DNA from: the human T2T-CHM13v2.0 reference genome, Homo sapiens | DNA length: 64,000 bases | Strand: one strand, 5' to 3' | NCBI RefSeq assembly: GCF_009914755.1 | Contig: NC_060931.1 | Shown: piece after piece, positions 30,945 through 42,535 of the stretch | How the letters are laid out: each line of letters begins with the position of its first letter | Position numbering within the stretch: position 1 is the stretch's first letter | Translations under genes and position numbers: made by a program | Notes under the pieces: model-generated | The model's input: the letters and a program-made list of their open reading frames with translations, nothing else | Databases searched by the model: none | What the model was told of the DNA's origin: nothing

Positions 30945-31404
30945 GTATGTTTATAGCGGCACTATTCACAATAGCAAAGACTTGGAACCAACCTAAATGT
31001 CCAACAATGACAGACTGGATTAAGAATATGTGGCACATATACACCATGGAATACTATGCAGCCATAAAAAATGATGAGTTCATGTCCTTTGTAGGGACAT
31101 GGATGAAACTGGAAACCATCATTCTCAGCAAACTATTGCAAGGACTAAAAAACCAAACACCGCATGTTCTCACTCATAGATGGGAATTGAACAATGAGAA
31201 TACATGGACACAGGAAGGGGAACATCACACACCGGGGACTGTTGTGGGGTGGGGGCGGGGGGAGGGATAGCATTAGGAGATATACCTAATGCTAAATGAT
31301 GAGTTAATGGGTGTAGCACACCAACATGGCACATGTATACATATGTAACAAACCTGCACATTGTGCACATGTACCCTAAAACTTAAAGTATAAAAAAAAA
31401 AAAA
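30945..31404 (+). mobile_element. 5'-truncated L1PA (L1PA4/5-like)
   Basis: ORF2 C-terminal end, 3'UTR and poly(A); 13-bp TSD aagaatcgctgtt at 30931-30943 and 31405-31417. Confidence 0.95.
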
Positions 31405-33308
31405 AAGAATCGCTGTTCTGGGGAAATCATAGGCTTTGAGTTTCCTGGACTCATCCATAAATGACACAGAAGCAACAGAGTGCATTTAAACCTAAAGAAG
31501 ACAGTGGACAACTCAGAGGAAATATCTGAAGACCATGACCTATATGAACCAACGAATGATGATCAGAACATCCTCTTCCTCATTTCCCAAACCTAGGGCC
31601 ATGCATTGTGACAGCTCCTGATGTCTTGCCACCACTCAGGGGTGAGGGTGAAGGATAGGGGACTGGGAGGAGAGCTCCAAATTCCACTATAGTGGAATTT
31701 CCTGCCAGCCTGGTAGTAGCGGGGCTTAGAATTAAAGAGGAAATATTAAGAGAGAGAGAGAGAAAGAGAAATGGTATTTCTTGCACACTTGAACTTGTGG
31801 CCTGATTTTCATGCCTTATACAGGTTCATATTGTATTGACTTATTAGCTAACAGAAACATCACATAAAGCTCTACTATGGATGTATGCCCATGCCAATCC
31901 TGAGGTAGCCTGGAAGACCAAAGCAGATTGGCTAAAACAGAAGCAGAGCTGCTACAGTGACTGGCTAAAAAGTCCATAGGAGACATCTGAACTTATCTAG
32001 GAGATATCTGAAGTGGCACGTTGCAAAATATGTGCTGGAAAACAAAGAACTTTGGGGGCTTCTTCAGCAGCTAGAGCAACCTATCATGTCTTGCTAGGGC
32101 CCCCAAACTCTCCCACTATGTGGAAGCTCAGTGATCTCAGATGGATAGCTTAGAGCCCAGGGAGACAACTGAATGAGGCTTTCTCTCCCCCATGGAGGGA
32201 GGACAGCTATGTCCCAGGAGGTTTGTAATCCCAGACTAAAATGCCCATCCCAAATAGCAACTGTTTATCTTCCAATCATCTCTTGCATTTATGAGTGGAT
32301 TTGTTATCTCAATTACGTTAAGAACCAAAACATTCTTAATATCATCCAGTCAAATCCCATCATTTAATAAGTAAGAAACTTGAAGTCCCGAATGATTAAA
32401 TGACACCGCCTAAGGTTATACACTTGGTAAGTAATAGCACCAAGACTAGAGCTCGGTTCTGATGACAAGGCTGGTAACTTCACTCATAGGGATACTTTAA
32501 GTCTAAATACAGATTTTCAAAAGATTTCTCTATTTACTATTAGAGATTAACATAAAAGGAAAAGCAAGATATGACAAGTATATAAATATTCTTAACTGTA
32601 AGGTTATTTCAGGCATATTTGACCCAGACTCCAGGAAGTCCTGAGCAACAGGGATAAGGAAACGACCCATATATTTCAGCAAGATGGCAACTCTTAGAAG
32701 GTTTGTCATGGGTGGCCTTGCCTTGCAATAGTTTGTGAATAGGGAAAGTTCCTCTTTGTTCCTGGCATAGCCAAGGTCCATGTGCAAAAAAGACTTGGCT
32801 CTCAGATGTGCATATATTCCCCACAAAAACTTACTTTTGCCATCTTGGGTCCCCCTTTATTACCTATTTTCCCTTAAGGCTCATGGAAGGAGCCTGCAGA
32901 GAAGGCTCGAGGCTAAAGGTCAGGTTCCTCACTTTCAGAGTAAAACATACCTTCAAAAGGAAGTGGTGATAGAGTACAGAGAAATTCCTAAGGGAGAAAG
33001 TGGCTTCAATATGGCAGGAAATTCATCTGATCCAGACGTCCTGTATCATCCTTTAATGTACAGAGTGGATTCTGGGGTGGTCTACTATATCTATTGCACC
33101 ATGTAATGACTCTTCAAGGTGTCACTTGAATCCCTTTAAAGATATACTTCTTTAGAATTGAAATCTCTGAGGTTCAATGATTGGGTGACCTCATGATTCC
33201 CAAACACTGATGAATGGTGACACGGCAGAGATGAAAGGTGTCAAAGAGCTGGGAGCAGTGCTGGCTGGTGGTGTTGGGGCCAGAGTAGAAGTGGAAACAG
33301 AAGTGGGG

Positions 33309-33322
33309 TCAGCAGGTGGCAC
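33309..33322 (+). promoter_or_regulatory. Candidate CTCF core motif
   Basis: TCAGCAGGTGGCAC matches CCASYAGRKGGCRS with one mismatch. Confidence 0.35.
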
Positions 33323-33899
33323 AGAGACTAAAGTTATGTTGGAGTCCAAATTGAAAAGGTGACGTGACAGGTCATGGAACAGCAACATTACCAGCCCAGT
33401 AGAAGTTAGAACTGGTGTGGCATGGGAGGTGATCCACTTCCCCGATCTGTGTTCCTTAGTAGGGACACAGCGTTATACCCTTCACCTTTGTCCTAGCAGT
33501 CCTACCAAGCCCAGTTCTGCAACATACCAGGAGCACAAGGAAATCCAATGAATAGATTAGGTATTAAAAGAGTTTTCCCTTCCAATCACATTTGCATTTC
33601 ACAAAGGGTCCTTTATTGAATTAAACACTTATTCAGACCTACTTTTCTCATTCTAGAAAACAAACAAACAAAAAAAAACAAATAGAAATATTAAAAATTT
33701 ACCTTTAAACATTGAGGAGTTGACAAAATAGTGGAGAACTGCCAGGCCAAATTCTGAGAGAAAGCCTGATTCCAAAGAGTAAGGAAAGGAGCCAGGCACC
33801 AACGCTGCCTTGAGGGCATTTGCCAATATTAGGCAAGATAACAGAAAACTTGAGCTTTCACTCAGCAGCCTCACAGGTAGGGGAACAGAAACCAAGTCC

Positions 33900-34700
33900 T
33901 CCAGTAGAAAATTCTACCAAACATTCAATGTGGAAATAAATCTGGCACGAACACTTCCAAAGTATAGGAAGTGGGAACATTTACTAATTACTCTTATGAG
34001 GTTAGCACACCCTTGATTCCAAAGCTCAATAAGGGTAGCATAAGAAAGGAAAAATAGAGACTAATTTGAACGTATGAAAATAGTTGCCAAACACAGGATT
34101 GTAAGATTGGGTTTAACGTTAAAAATCAGTCAAAATGTAATTCATCACAATAAAAGACTGTAGTAGATAAATCATATGATCAATTCTAGAGATGAAGAAA
34201 ATAAAGCCCAAGTATCTATCAACAATAGAGTCCAATGGAATGCTATACACCAATGAATGCCACAACATAAATGAATCTTGCAAATATAATGTTAAGCCAA
34301 AGAAGCAAGACATAAAAGACTACTTTAACATAATTCCATTTTTATAAAGTTTTTGAAAACAGGCAAAGTGTAATTATATTGTTTAGAATACAGTATAGCT
34401 GGAAACACTATAAGAAAAAGAAGAAATTATTACTGTAAATATCTGGAATGTTATTACCTCTAGGAAAGAGGGAAGGGGCTGTGAATTGGAAGGGATATGT
34501 GGGAGGGTTTTGAGAATGCTGTCATCTCACTTCAGATGCAAAAACAAAATTTAAAAAAAAGAGTGCTGTCAATGTTTTATTTCTTGAGTTGAGTGGTGGT
34601 TACTCAGGTATTCACTTAATAATTACTGTAATTTTTAAACATTATTTATGGTTTATGCACTTATAAGTATAGATATTATTTCACACCAAAAATATTTTTA
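33900..34700 (+). mobile_element. Old L1M (L1ME-like) fragments
   Basis: aattctaccaaacatt, ccttgattccaaagc and ataattccatttttataaagtt ORF2/3'UTR remnants. Confidence 0.65.
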
Positions 34701-35242
34701 AAGAAAGCCTTTTAAGATCCACAGAAATAAAGCTTAAATAGTGACATTTCAGGCACCATATATGACAAGCAGCAGGAGAGATATTTTTGGGTAAGGTGGG
34801 CAGGCCTATGGGCAGGCCTAGTGCAGTCCCTTCCACCGCACTTCACACCCAACTGTTCACTCTGCTACTCAGACAACCTGGCCCTCCGCAATCTACCTCA
34901 CTAGACAGGAAAGTGTGATCCTGGTCACTTATGCGGTCTATTGATCTTGCCATATTTCAGACCAACCAACATTGTGATTAATTCAACCATAACACATCAT
35001 AAATTTAAATTGAAAGCACAGCAATTATTTACATGTCTTTTAAAAAATCTGAATTATCCAAACCAATGAATGTGATTCCTAAACAACTACGATGATTATT
35101 CGCTGCTTTGTAGTTTGTCTGCCCATGGGCCATAAGAAATAAGAAGAAAAACACACCAAAAAAAGTCAGTGATAGAAAATAAAAATGCAAAACTTAGTAT
35201 TTTTTTGAATGATAGTTACAGCTCATCAGAGAAGAGCCGGCA

Positions 35243-35277
35243 GTTACCATGGCAACAGTAATACAGGAAAGTGAAAC
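35243..35277 (+). promoter_or_regulatory. RFX X-box plus adjacent IRF/ISRE-like motif
   Basis: GTTACCATGGCAAC (35243-35256) and GGAAAGTGAAAC (35266-35277) in sequence I do not recognise as a repeat. Confidence 0.5.
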
Positions 35278-35699
35278 TCCAGCCTCCAAGTCTCCTTTTT
35301 TTCTCTTTCCTAGTCCTGGCACTAAATAGTAAAGAATGGTCCCAGACGATGTGTAAAACCCATAATGTTTATAAATTAGTCTCAGTTAACACATACAAGA
35401 ACCTTGAGTTTCTAAACAAATAACATGCTGATGAATGTTAAGAGGATAGAGACATCTTTGATGAATGTACAATGCATTCAGATCCCATAAAAACAAAATA
35501 ATAGGGCATATGTTTGTGTTTACTGATGGTCTCTCCATATTACACCTGATCTGTATCACATGTAGTCTCAATTTCTGAATTCCACTCCATCATTATGACA
35601 CTTTACTGTAATATACCTCATCTTGGCCCTCACTCACAGATTCTCACCCACAATCTTCAATTAGCACAGACTTATCTTTTGTGCAATAAATAAGTAGTA

Positions 35700-35962
35700 T
35701 CATGTACTGATTAAGATATGGGAATTTTGGATCAGATATATCTGAGTTCAAATTCCAATAATACCACTCATTTACTGGGGAATCTTGGGTGAGTTAGTTA
35801 ATATTTCTAGACTTCAAATTCCTCATCTATAAAATGGAGATGACTATAATTATAATACCTCTTATAGAGTGGTTATAAGGGTTAAATGAGATAATGTATG
35901 TAAAAGCACTTAACACAATACCTAGCACATATTAAACTCCAAGTATTAATTTATTATTATTA
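35700..35962 (+). mobile_element. MIR
   Basis: ctgagttcaaattcca...ttcctcatctataaaatggaga...aaatgagataatgtatgtaaaagcactt. Confidence 0.85.
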
Positions 35963-36939
35963 TAAGTAAAATACTGTCCATGGCCTATGGTCATAGATAT
36001 ATCAAGCAATTTTTGAAAACCACAGAAAAATTTGAGTTCTCGGAATTGTAATTCTTAGCCACTTTATTCTATTTCTGTTTCTATTCCTGCTTTGGTGTGT
36101 TTTATTTCTCAGTTAATTCTTGGAAGCTTTATCCAAAGACCACTGTGCAAGCCTTACTCTCTAGCTCTTGCTGCTTTGTCATGCTTTTGCCTGGGTCCCA
36201 ATCTCAATCAAAATCAACAAGGTCAAATGCTAAGAGATAAGTTCCACTTAGTCTCTATTTTGGCTACTGTTTGATAGGTGAGATAAGAAAAGGGTATAAA
36301 TATGTCATGTCTGTGGGTATAAAAATGGCAAATTGGGCAATAGCTGGGGAAAAAAAGCTCAAATGAATAACAACAATATGAGAGGACAATCCCACAGCAA
36401 GAATTGGTCAAAAGTGTGAAGACAAGGATTGGTAAGGTCTAATGAGTAGGAGAAGGATTATGGTAGGCTTATTGTGTCTACCCATTCTAGAAGGCAAAGA
36501 AAGGCCATAACCAGCCACCTGGAGCCTCATTCCATCCCTTGGCTTCTGGAAGTACAACAGAGAGGATGTAGAGAACCAAGGGTGAGCTTCATGACCGTAA
36601 AATAAAAACCTTCCCCATCAGCTAACACCTATGGGTTAGGAGCATAGACTTGAGCTAACACCTATGGGTTAGGAGCAAAGGGGGAAGATTACTTCCCCCT
36701 TTACCCATCTAAACTGTGCATACATACAGAAGCACAAATCTTTTGTGTATAGCTTGATGGATTTTCACAAAGTGAATACACTTGTGTACCTACTACCCAG
36801 ACTAAGAAATAGAACATTATCAGTATAACAGGAGGCTTTATTAGGCTCCTTCCCAGTCATTACTACCTTCGGTAGTAACTACTTGCTTATCTGTCATTAT
36901 CAATTAGTTCTGCCAATTTTTAACTTTATAAGTGGAGTC

Positions 36940-37345
36940 TGCTACATTTTGGAATTTTGTCCCCCAAAACCTCATGTTGAAATTTGATCCCCAATATTGG
37001 AGGTGAGGCCTAATGTGAGGTGTTTGGATCATGAAGTTGGATCCCTCATGAATGGCTTGGTGCCATTCTTGCAGTGAGGAATGAGTTTCACTCTGTTAGT
37101 TCCCAGGAGAGTTGGCTGTTAAAAAAGTGACAGTCACTTCCAACCCCGTCGCTTCCTCTCTCACCCTGTGATCTCTGCACATGGCTCCACTTCTCCTTCC
37201 ATCCCATGTGGAAACAGCCTGGAGCCCTCACCAGATGCAGATGCTGGTGCTATTTTTCTTATATTACCTGCCAAATAAACCTCTTTTCTTTATAAATTAC
37301 CTAGCCTCATGTATTCCTTTATATAATACAAAATAGACTAAGACC
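36940..37345 (+). mobile_element. MSTB-like MaLR solo LTR
   Basis: ctcatgttgaaatttgatcccc...aataaacctcttttctttataaattacc; TSD gagtc/gaatc. Confidence 0.85.
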
Positions 37346-38003
37346 GAATCATACACTGTATGCTCCTGTGTTTTGTTCCTTTTCATAACAATATGCTTGT
37401 GAGACTCATCCATGTTGTGTGTAGTTATGGTTTGTTTATTTTTGTTGCTATATAGTATTCCACTGCATGAATGTATTACAGTTTCTTTTTTTTTAACTCA
37501 TTTATTGTTGGTGGACATTTGAATTGTTTCTATTTTGGGGGCTTTACAAATGATGGTACAATAAATATTCTTGTACCTGTCTTTGGCATACATCTATGCA
37601 CAATCCCATGCATTTTAGGGGGTTATATCTATGAGTTAAAATGCCAGATCATAGAGTATGAGAATGTTTAGCTTTAGTAGTTGCTGGAAAACCAATATGT
37701 CCACTTCTTTGAAGTTGTTCTATCAAACTGTACTCCCAAAAGCAGTATAGAAAATTTCCGGGTACTTTCCACCCTCACTAATAGTATGTCTGTCTTTTTA
37801 ATTTTAGCCTTCCTAGTAGGTGTGCAGTGATATCTCACTATTGCTTTGATTTTCATTTTCTTGCTGAATAATGAAATTGAGCACATTTTCTTATATTAAT
37901 TGGCCAGTTGGTTCTCCTCTTTTATGAAGCACCTGTCCAAACCTTTTACACATTTTTCTGTTGTATTGTCTTTTTCTTATGAATTGGTAAAAGATACACG
38001 CGT

Positions 38004-38004
<1 letters not shown>

Positions 38005-38044
<40 letters not shown>
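38005..38044. repeat. (CA)20 microsatellite
   Basis: Perfect CA run. Confidence 0.97.
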
Positions 38045-38049
<5 letters not shown>

Positions 38050-38184
38050 CTTCTGGATATTATTCCTTGTCAGATATAGATATTACTAATATCTTCTCTC
38101 AAACATTGTTTTCCCTTTTTACTTTCTTAATAGTGCCTTTTAGATAACAGAAGTTCCTAATTTTAATGCAATCCAACTTATCAA

Positions 38185-38410
38185 CAGCATAGTGGTTAAA
38201 TAAATAGGCTCTGAAGTTGGACAGATACATGTTAAAAGGCTAGTTCTGACTCCTACTAAATATCTGTGTGACTTGAGTAATTATTTTCTCTCTCTAAAAT
38301 CCAGTTTCCTCATCTATAAATGAATAATAATCTCATATCCTTCATGGTGCTGCTGTAAAGATTAAAGAGGACCATTGGTGAGAAGCTACTATGTGCTAAA
38401 ACTACTATTC
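38185..38410 (+). mobile_element. MIR
   Basis: cagcatagtggttaa...tgtgtgacttgagtaa...cagtttcctcatctataaat. Confidence 0.75.
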
Positions 38411-38743
38411 TACTCCACATCATTATCAATGTAATACCCATTATTTTATTCCCATGTTAAAAATATATGTAATAAAATGTCACATCATGGGGTAAAAATA
38501 ATTAATTTGTTCATATTAACTCTAATATAGAAACATGCTTTTCTAACACCATTTGGGATTGTGTTGCAGGCCTGGATCAGGCAGTGGAGTTGAAGAAAAT
38601 TTCCTCTTCATCCGGTCTATATGATTATATGAAAATTTCCAGTCTACATGACTGTAAAATACTTCACTTTCCAGCATAGTTGATTTTGATTTTTTAATTG
38701 TCTTAATACACTTTTGTAGTTAAACATATCAGTTATGTCTCTC

Positions 38744-39029
38744 TTTTTTTGAGACAGAGTCTCACTCTGTCACCCAGGCCGGAGTGCAGTAGTGTGATCT
38801 CAGCTCATGGCAACCTCCGCCTCCTGGATTCAAGCGATTCTTGTGCCTCAGCCTTCTGAGTAGCTGGGACTACTATGCACCACCATGCTTGGCTAATTTT
38901 AGTATTTTTTGTAAATAAGGGGTTTCACCATGTTGGCCAGGCTGGTCTCAAACTCCTGGCCTCAAGTGATCTGCCTGCCTTGGCCTCCAAAAGTGCTGGG
39001 AATACAGGAATAAACCACCATGCCAGGCC
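38744..39029 (-). mobile_element. AluS
   Basis: Full dimer, short tail; degenerate TSD agttatgtct/agttatatct. Confidence 0.9.
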
Positions 39030-39356
39030 AGTTATATCTTAATATAGTCAAATTCCATCGCACTATGTAGACAAAGCCTTTGAAAAGGAAACATACTACA
39101 TCATTGTCCGTTTAACCTCACTGTGAAATCATTCTTATGATCATATTTAAATACATGTTCATCTAGATTTACCTGAAGCTTTATTAAACAATTCTATGGT
39201 GGTAAGTTTCTGGAAATCTATTAAAAAGCACTATTGTATTGTTCAGTGTGCTGTGTACTTAATTTTCTAAATGACATTCTGGTTCCCCAAGTTACTAGAG
39301 TAAACTAGGAGTTAGGGTTGTTCTTTTGCTGGTGAACTTGTAATAAAATTGCAACA

Positions 39357-39650
39357 GGCCGGGCGCGGTGGCTCACACCTATAATCCCACCACTTTGGGA
39401 GGCCAAGGTGGGCAGATCATGAGGTCAGGAGTTCAAGACCAGTCTGACCAACATGGCGAAACCCCGTCTCTACTAAAAGTACAAAAACTAGCCGGGGGTG
39501 GTGGTGCGTGCCTGTAATCCCAGCTACTCAGGAGGCTGAGGCGAGAGAATCGCTTGAACTTGGGAGGTGGAGAGGTTGCAATGAGCCGAGATTGTGCCAT
39601 TGCACTCCAGCCTGGGTGACAGAGCAAGACTCCATTTAAAAAAAAAAAAA
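39357..39650 (+). mobile_element. AluSg-like
   Basis: gatcatgaggtcaggagttc; TSD approximately tgcaaca. Confidence 0.9.
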
Positions 39651-39854
39651 TGCAACAAACATGGTCACAAGAGAAGTAGAAAGGGGAATGAATGATTTGA
39701 TATGGTAAGAGATAGTCTTGAAGGTTGTAAACAGACTCATTTCTTCCAAAGTTGTTTCACACAAATCATAGTTCTATAAAGGTCATGCAGAGATTGGCTA
39801 TATCGAATGAAACTAGAAGCAATGAGTCATAAGATGGACACAATGTAAGAGTTG

Positions 39855-40100
39855 GCACTTATTGAGCACTTCCTATGGCCAAGCACCTGCTGAATGTTTC
39901 GCATGGATTATCCCCTTTAACCTTCCTAATAATCTTCAAGATGTGGTACCATTTTGTACCTATTACACAGCTAAAAAATTGACCTTGAAAAGAATAATTA
40001 ACCTGGCCATAGTGACAGAATTAAAATATGATAAGCCAGGATTCAAACCCAGGCAGCCAAACTGAAGACCTGGCACTCTTTATTTACAACGTACTATGCT
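39855..40100 (-). mobile_element. MIR
   Basis: ttattgagcacttcctatggccaagcac...gccaggattcaaacccaggcag. Confidence 0.8.
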
Positions 40101-40791
40101 CTGTTTGCATCCTGTCAGTAGACACTTAACTTTAATGGAAGACTGGAGCCGTGCTTATTATCAAGGTGTACTCCAGGGACAGATTAATGATATGCCCACC
40201 ACACAAACATGAACACTTTACCAGCTTAATCAGCAGCCAGGTTGCAGCAAATCCAGTAAATTTCTCAGTTTGTACATATCCAATTAGCTACACCCTGCAA
40301 AGCATAAAAGTACAATCAAGAACCTAAACTATTCCAAATAATTTTATTCAGAAGAGTTGTCACTGAAAATTCCTTTGATCAGGTATTTCTATTATTTTTG
40401 TAATAGTCTTTTGAGCTACTTCTCTACTAATCACAAAATTGTCATCAGCCTGAACCCTGTATCACAAAATTTAGAACAAAGCAATTTTGTAGATTTAAAT
40501 AGTTTAAAAATGTGAAATTAAGGTAGGAAAGAAGACAGACTGAAGAAGAAAAAGAGAGCGGGCAGAATAAGCATAGAACTGGGGTCTAGATTGGGTGAAA
40601 AGGCATACATCTTAATAAGATTTCTTTTTGACTCTTTGATGTGCTGCTTTGATGGTTACTTCCTCTCTATTCAATTATTGAAATGGTTAATTGAAAAGTA
40701 CTTTAAGAGTGATCAAATATTCAATCTGACTTAGTGATCTTGACAACCTAATCTGGATGTTTTGTCAGTTAAGCATGAATTTCTTTTAGTA

Positions 40792-41644
40792 TGTGTTCCA
40801 GTTCTCTCTTGCTATGTACCAAATAACCCCAAAACTTTGTGGCTTAAAACAATAGCAGTAATTTATTTGGGGGCAGGGCTTTACAGAGATGGCTGCTCTA
40901 TATGATACTAGCTGGAGTGGCTCAACTGGAGGCTGGAGGATCCATTTTCAAGATGGCTCACACTCATTGCTCCAAGATGGTGCTGGCATTTTAGCCAAGA
41001 CTGTGAAATGAATGTCTTAGTCCTTTATTCCGTGGGCTTCTCTACAGGCTATTTGTTGTCGGGTTTTTTGTTTGTTTGTTTGTTTTCTTTTTGAGACAGG
41101 ATCTAGCTCTGTCACCCAGGTTGGAGTGCAGTGGCATGATCTTGGCTCACTTCAACCTCTGCCTGCTGGGGATCAGGTGATCCTCCCACCTCAGCCTCCC
41201 AAGTAGTTTGGACTATAGGTGCAAGCCACCACACTGGCTAATTTTTTTTTTTTTTTTGTAGAGATAGGGTTTCACATTGTTGCCCAGGCTGGTCTCAAAC
41301 TCCTGGGCTCAAACAATTTGCCTGCCTCAGCCTCCCAAAGTGTTGGGATTACAGGCATGAGCCACTATGCCTGACCCAGGCTATTTGGATTTGGACTTCC
41401 CCATGACATGGTGACTGAGTTCCAGGAAAAAGGTCTCAAAAGAACCAGCCATAAGCTGTTGCCTCATATGGCCTAGCTCCAGAAATAACACAGCATCATT
41501 GTATTCACCAACCTACCTAGACTTAAGAGGAGGGATCATAATCTTCAGCTCTCAGTGGAGGAGAATTAAAGTCACATGTTAAAAAGAGCATGTGGAATAA
41601 AAGATATTGTTGTGGCATTTTTGGAATATGCAACCTGCCAGACC
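40792..41644 (-). mobile_element. MLT1 LTR (MLT1F/G/H-like) interrupted by AluJ
   Basis: ccccaaaactttgtggcttaaaacaa...ggctggaggatccattttcaagatggctcac. Confidence 0.75.
41056..41376 (-). mobile_element. AluJ
   Basis: TSD caggctatttg at 41045-41055 and 41377-41387. Confidence 0.88.
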
Positions 41645-41654
41645 ATATGTTTTC

Positions 41655-42535
41655 ATTTATTGATTCATTCAATGAATATTTATTGAGCACTGAATTAGAA
41701 GTTAAATTTTCAGTAGTGGGGAGAAATATAAACTTACTGGTGTATATGGGGGAAAATAGGCATTATTCAAATGGTCACATAAATAGATGTATTATTGTAA
41801 GAATGATAAATGGTAAAAATTAGAGATCCATGGTACCATGAGAGAGTATGAGGAACTCTAAGAGGTCAGTAAAAGCTTCTTTCCAGAAAAACAATAATTT
41901 TTTTTTGACAGTAAGGACTACATTTTATTTTTTCTGACCATTAGTGCTTGCCGTCAAACCCTAAAACTTAAAGTATAATAAAAAATAAAAAATAAAAAAA
42001 AAACAATGACAAAAACAAACAAAAAAATAAATTTATACACTCACATTTTTAAGGGAAAAACAATAATTGAATTGAGATTTGAAGGATGGATAGAGGTGAA
42101 TTTCTAAAAGAGCATTCCATGTACAAAGAACAGTATGGTAAAGGCCCTATTGCAGAAGGAAGACATGTAATGAGAACAAAAATACAGAGAAGGGCTTTGT
42201 AGATGATGAAGTGGGTGGGGAATAGAGAGTAGAGTAAGTTGAAGCTGGAGAAAATGGTAGAGGTGCTCAGAGCAGGCAGGGGCATGCTAAGCATTTTGCC
42301 TTTGGTCTCAGAGGAGCTAGAAGCCATTGAATTATTTCAAGCAAGGGCAATGGCATACTCAGATTTATACTCAAAAAGTATACTGCTCTCAGTGTGAAAA
42401 ATAAATAAGAGAGGGTGAAAGCAAGGAGAACAATGATATGGCTAATATAGTAATTTGAGAAAAGAGGTGATTAACAACTTAGGCTAGTTTGGTGGTAAAG
42501 ATGGAGAGAATTAAACACATTCAATAAAGAGGCAG
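41655..42535 (-). mobile_element. L2 fragment (host of the 41900-42054 insertion)
   Basis: ttcattcaatgaatatttattgagcac; gaggtcagtaaaagcttct...gaattgagatttgaaggatg; aagccattgaattatttcaagcaaggg. Confidence 0.75.
41900..42054 (-). mobile_element. Short L1-mediated insertion: inverted 3' transduction
   Basis: 14-bp TSD gaaaaacaataatt (41886-41899 and 42055-42068), poly(T), minus-strand AATAAA, then a plus-strand L1PA terminus accctaaaacttaaagtataat with its A-tail and flank. Confidence 0.8.

Larger units (their letters stand above)
36700..38185 (-). mobile_element. Old L1M (L1MC/ME-like) 3' region
   Basis: gcttgtgagactcatccatgttg, ggacatttgaattgtttc and ctgaataatgaaattgagcacatttt segments; interrupted by an MST LTR. 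Confidence 0.75.

Noticed and set aside
33060-33460. Ser/Thr/Pro-rich minus-strand ORF, possibly the tail of a Gypsy-like integrase
   Set aside because: Resemblance too weak to support without a profile search.
36620-36677. CRISPR-like repeat-spacer-repeat
   Set aside because: Only two units, an 8-nt spacer, eukaryotic context and no cas genes.
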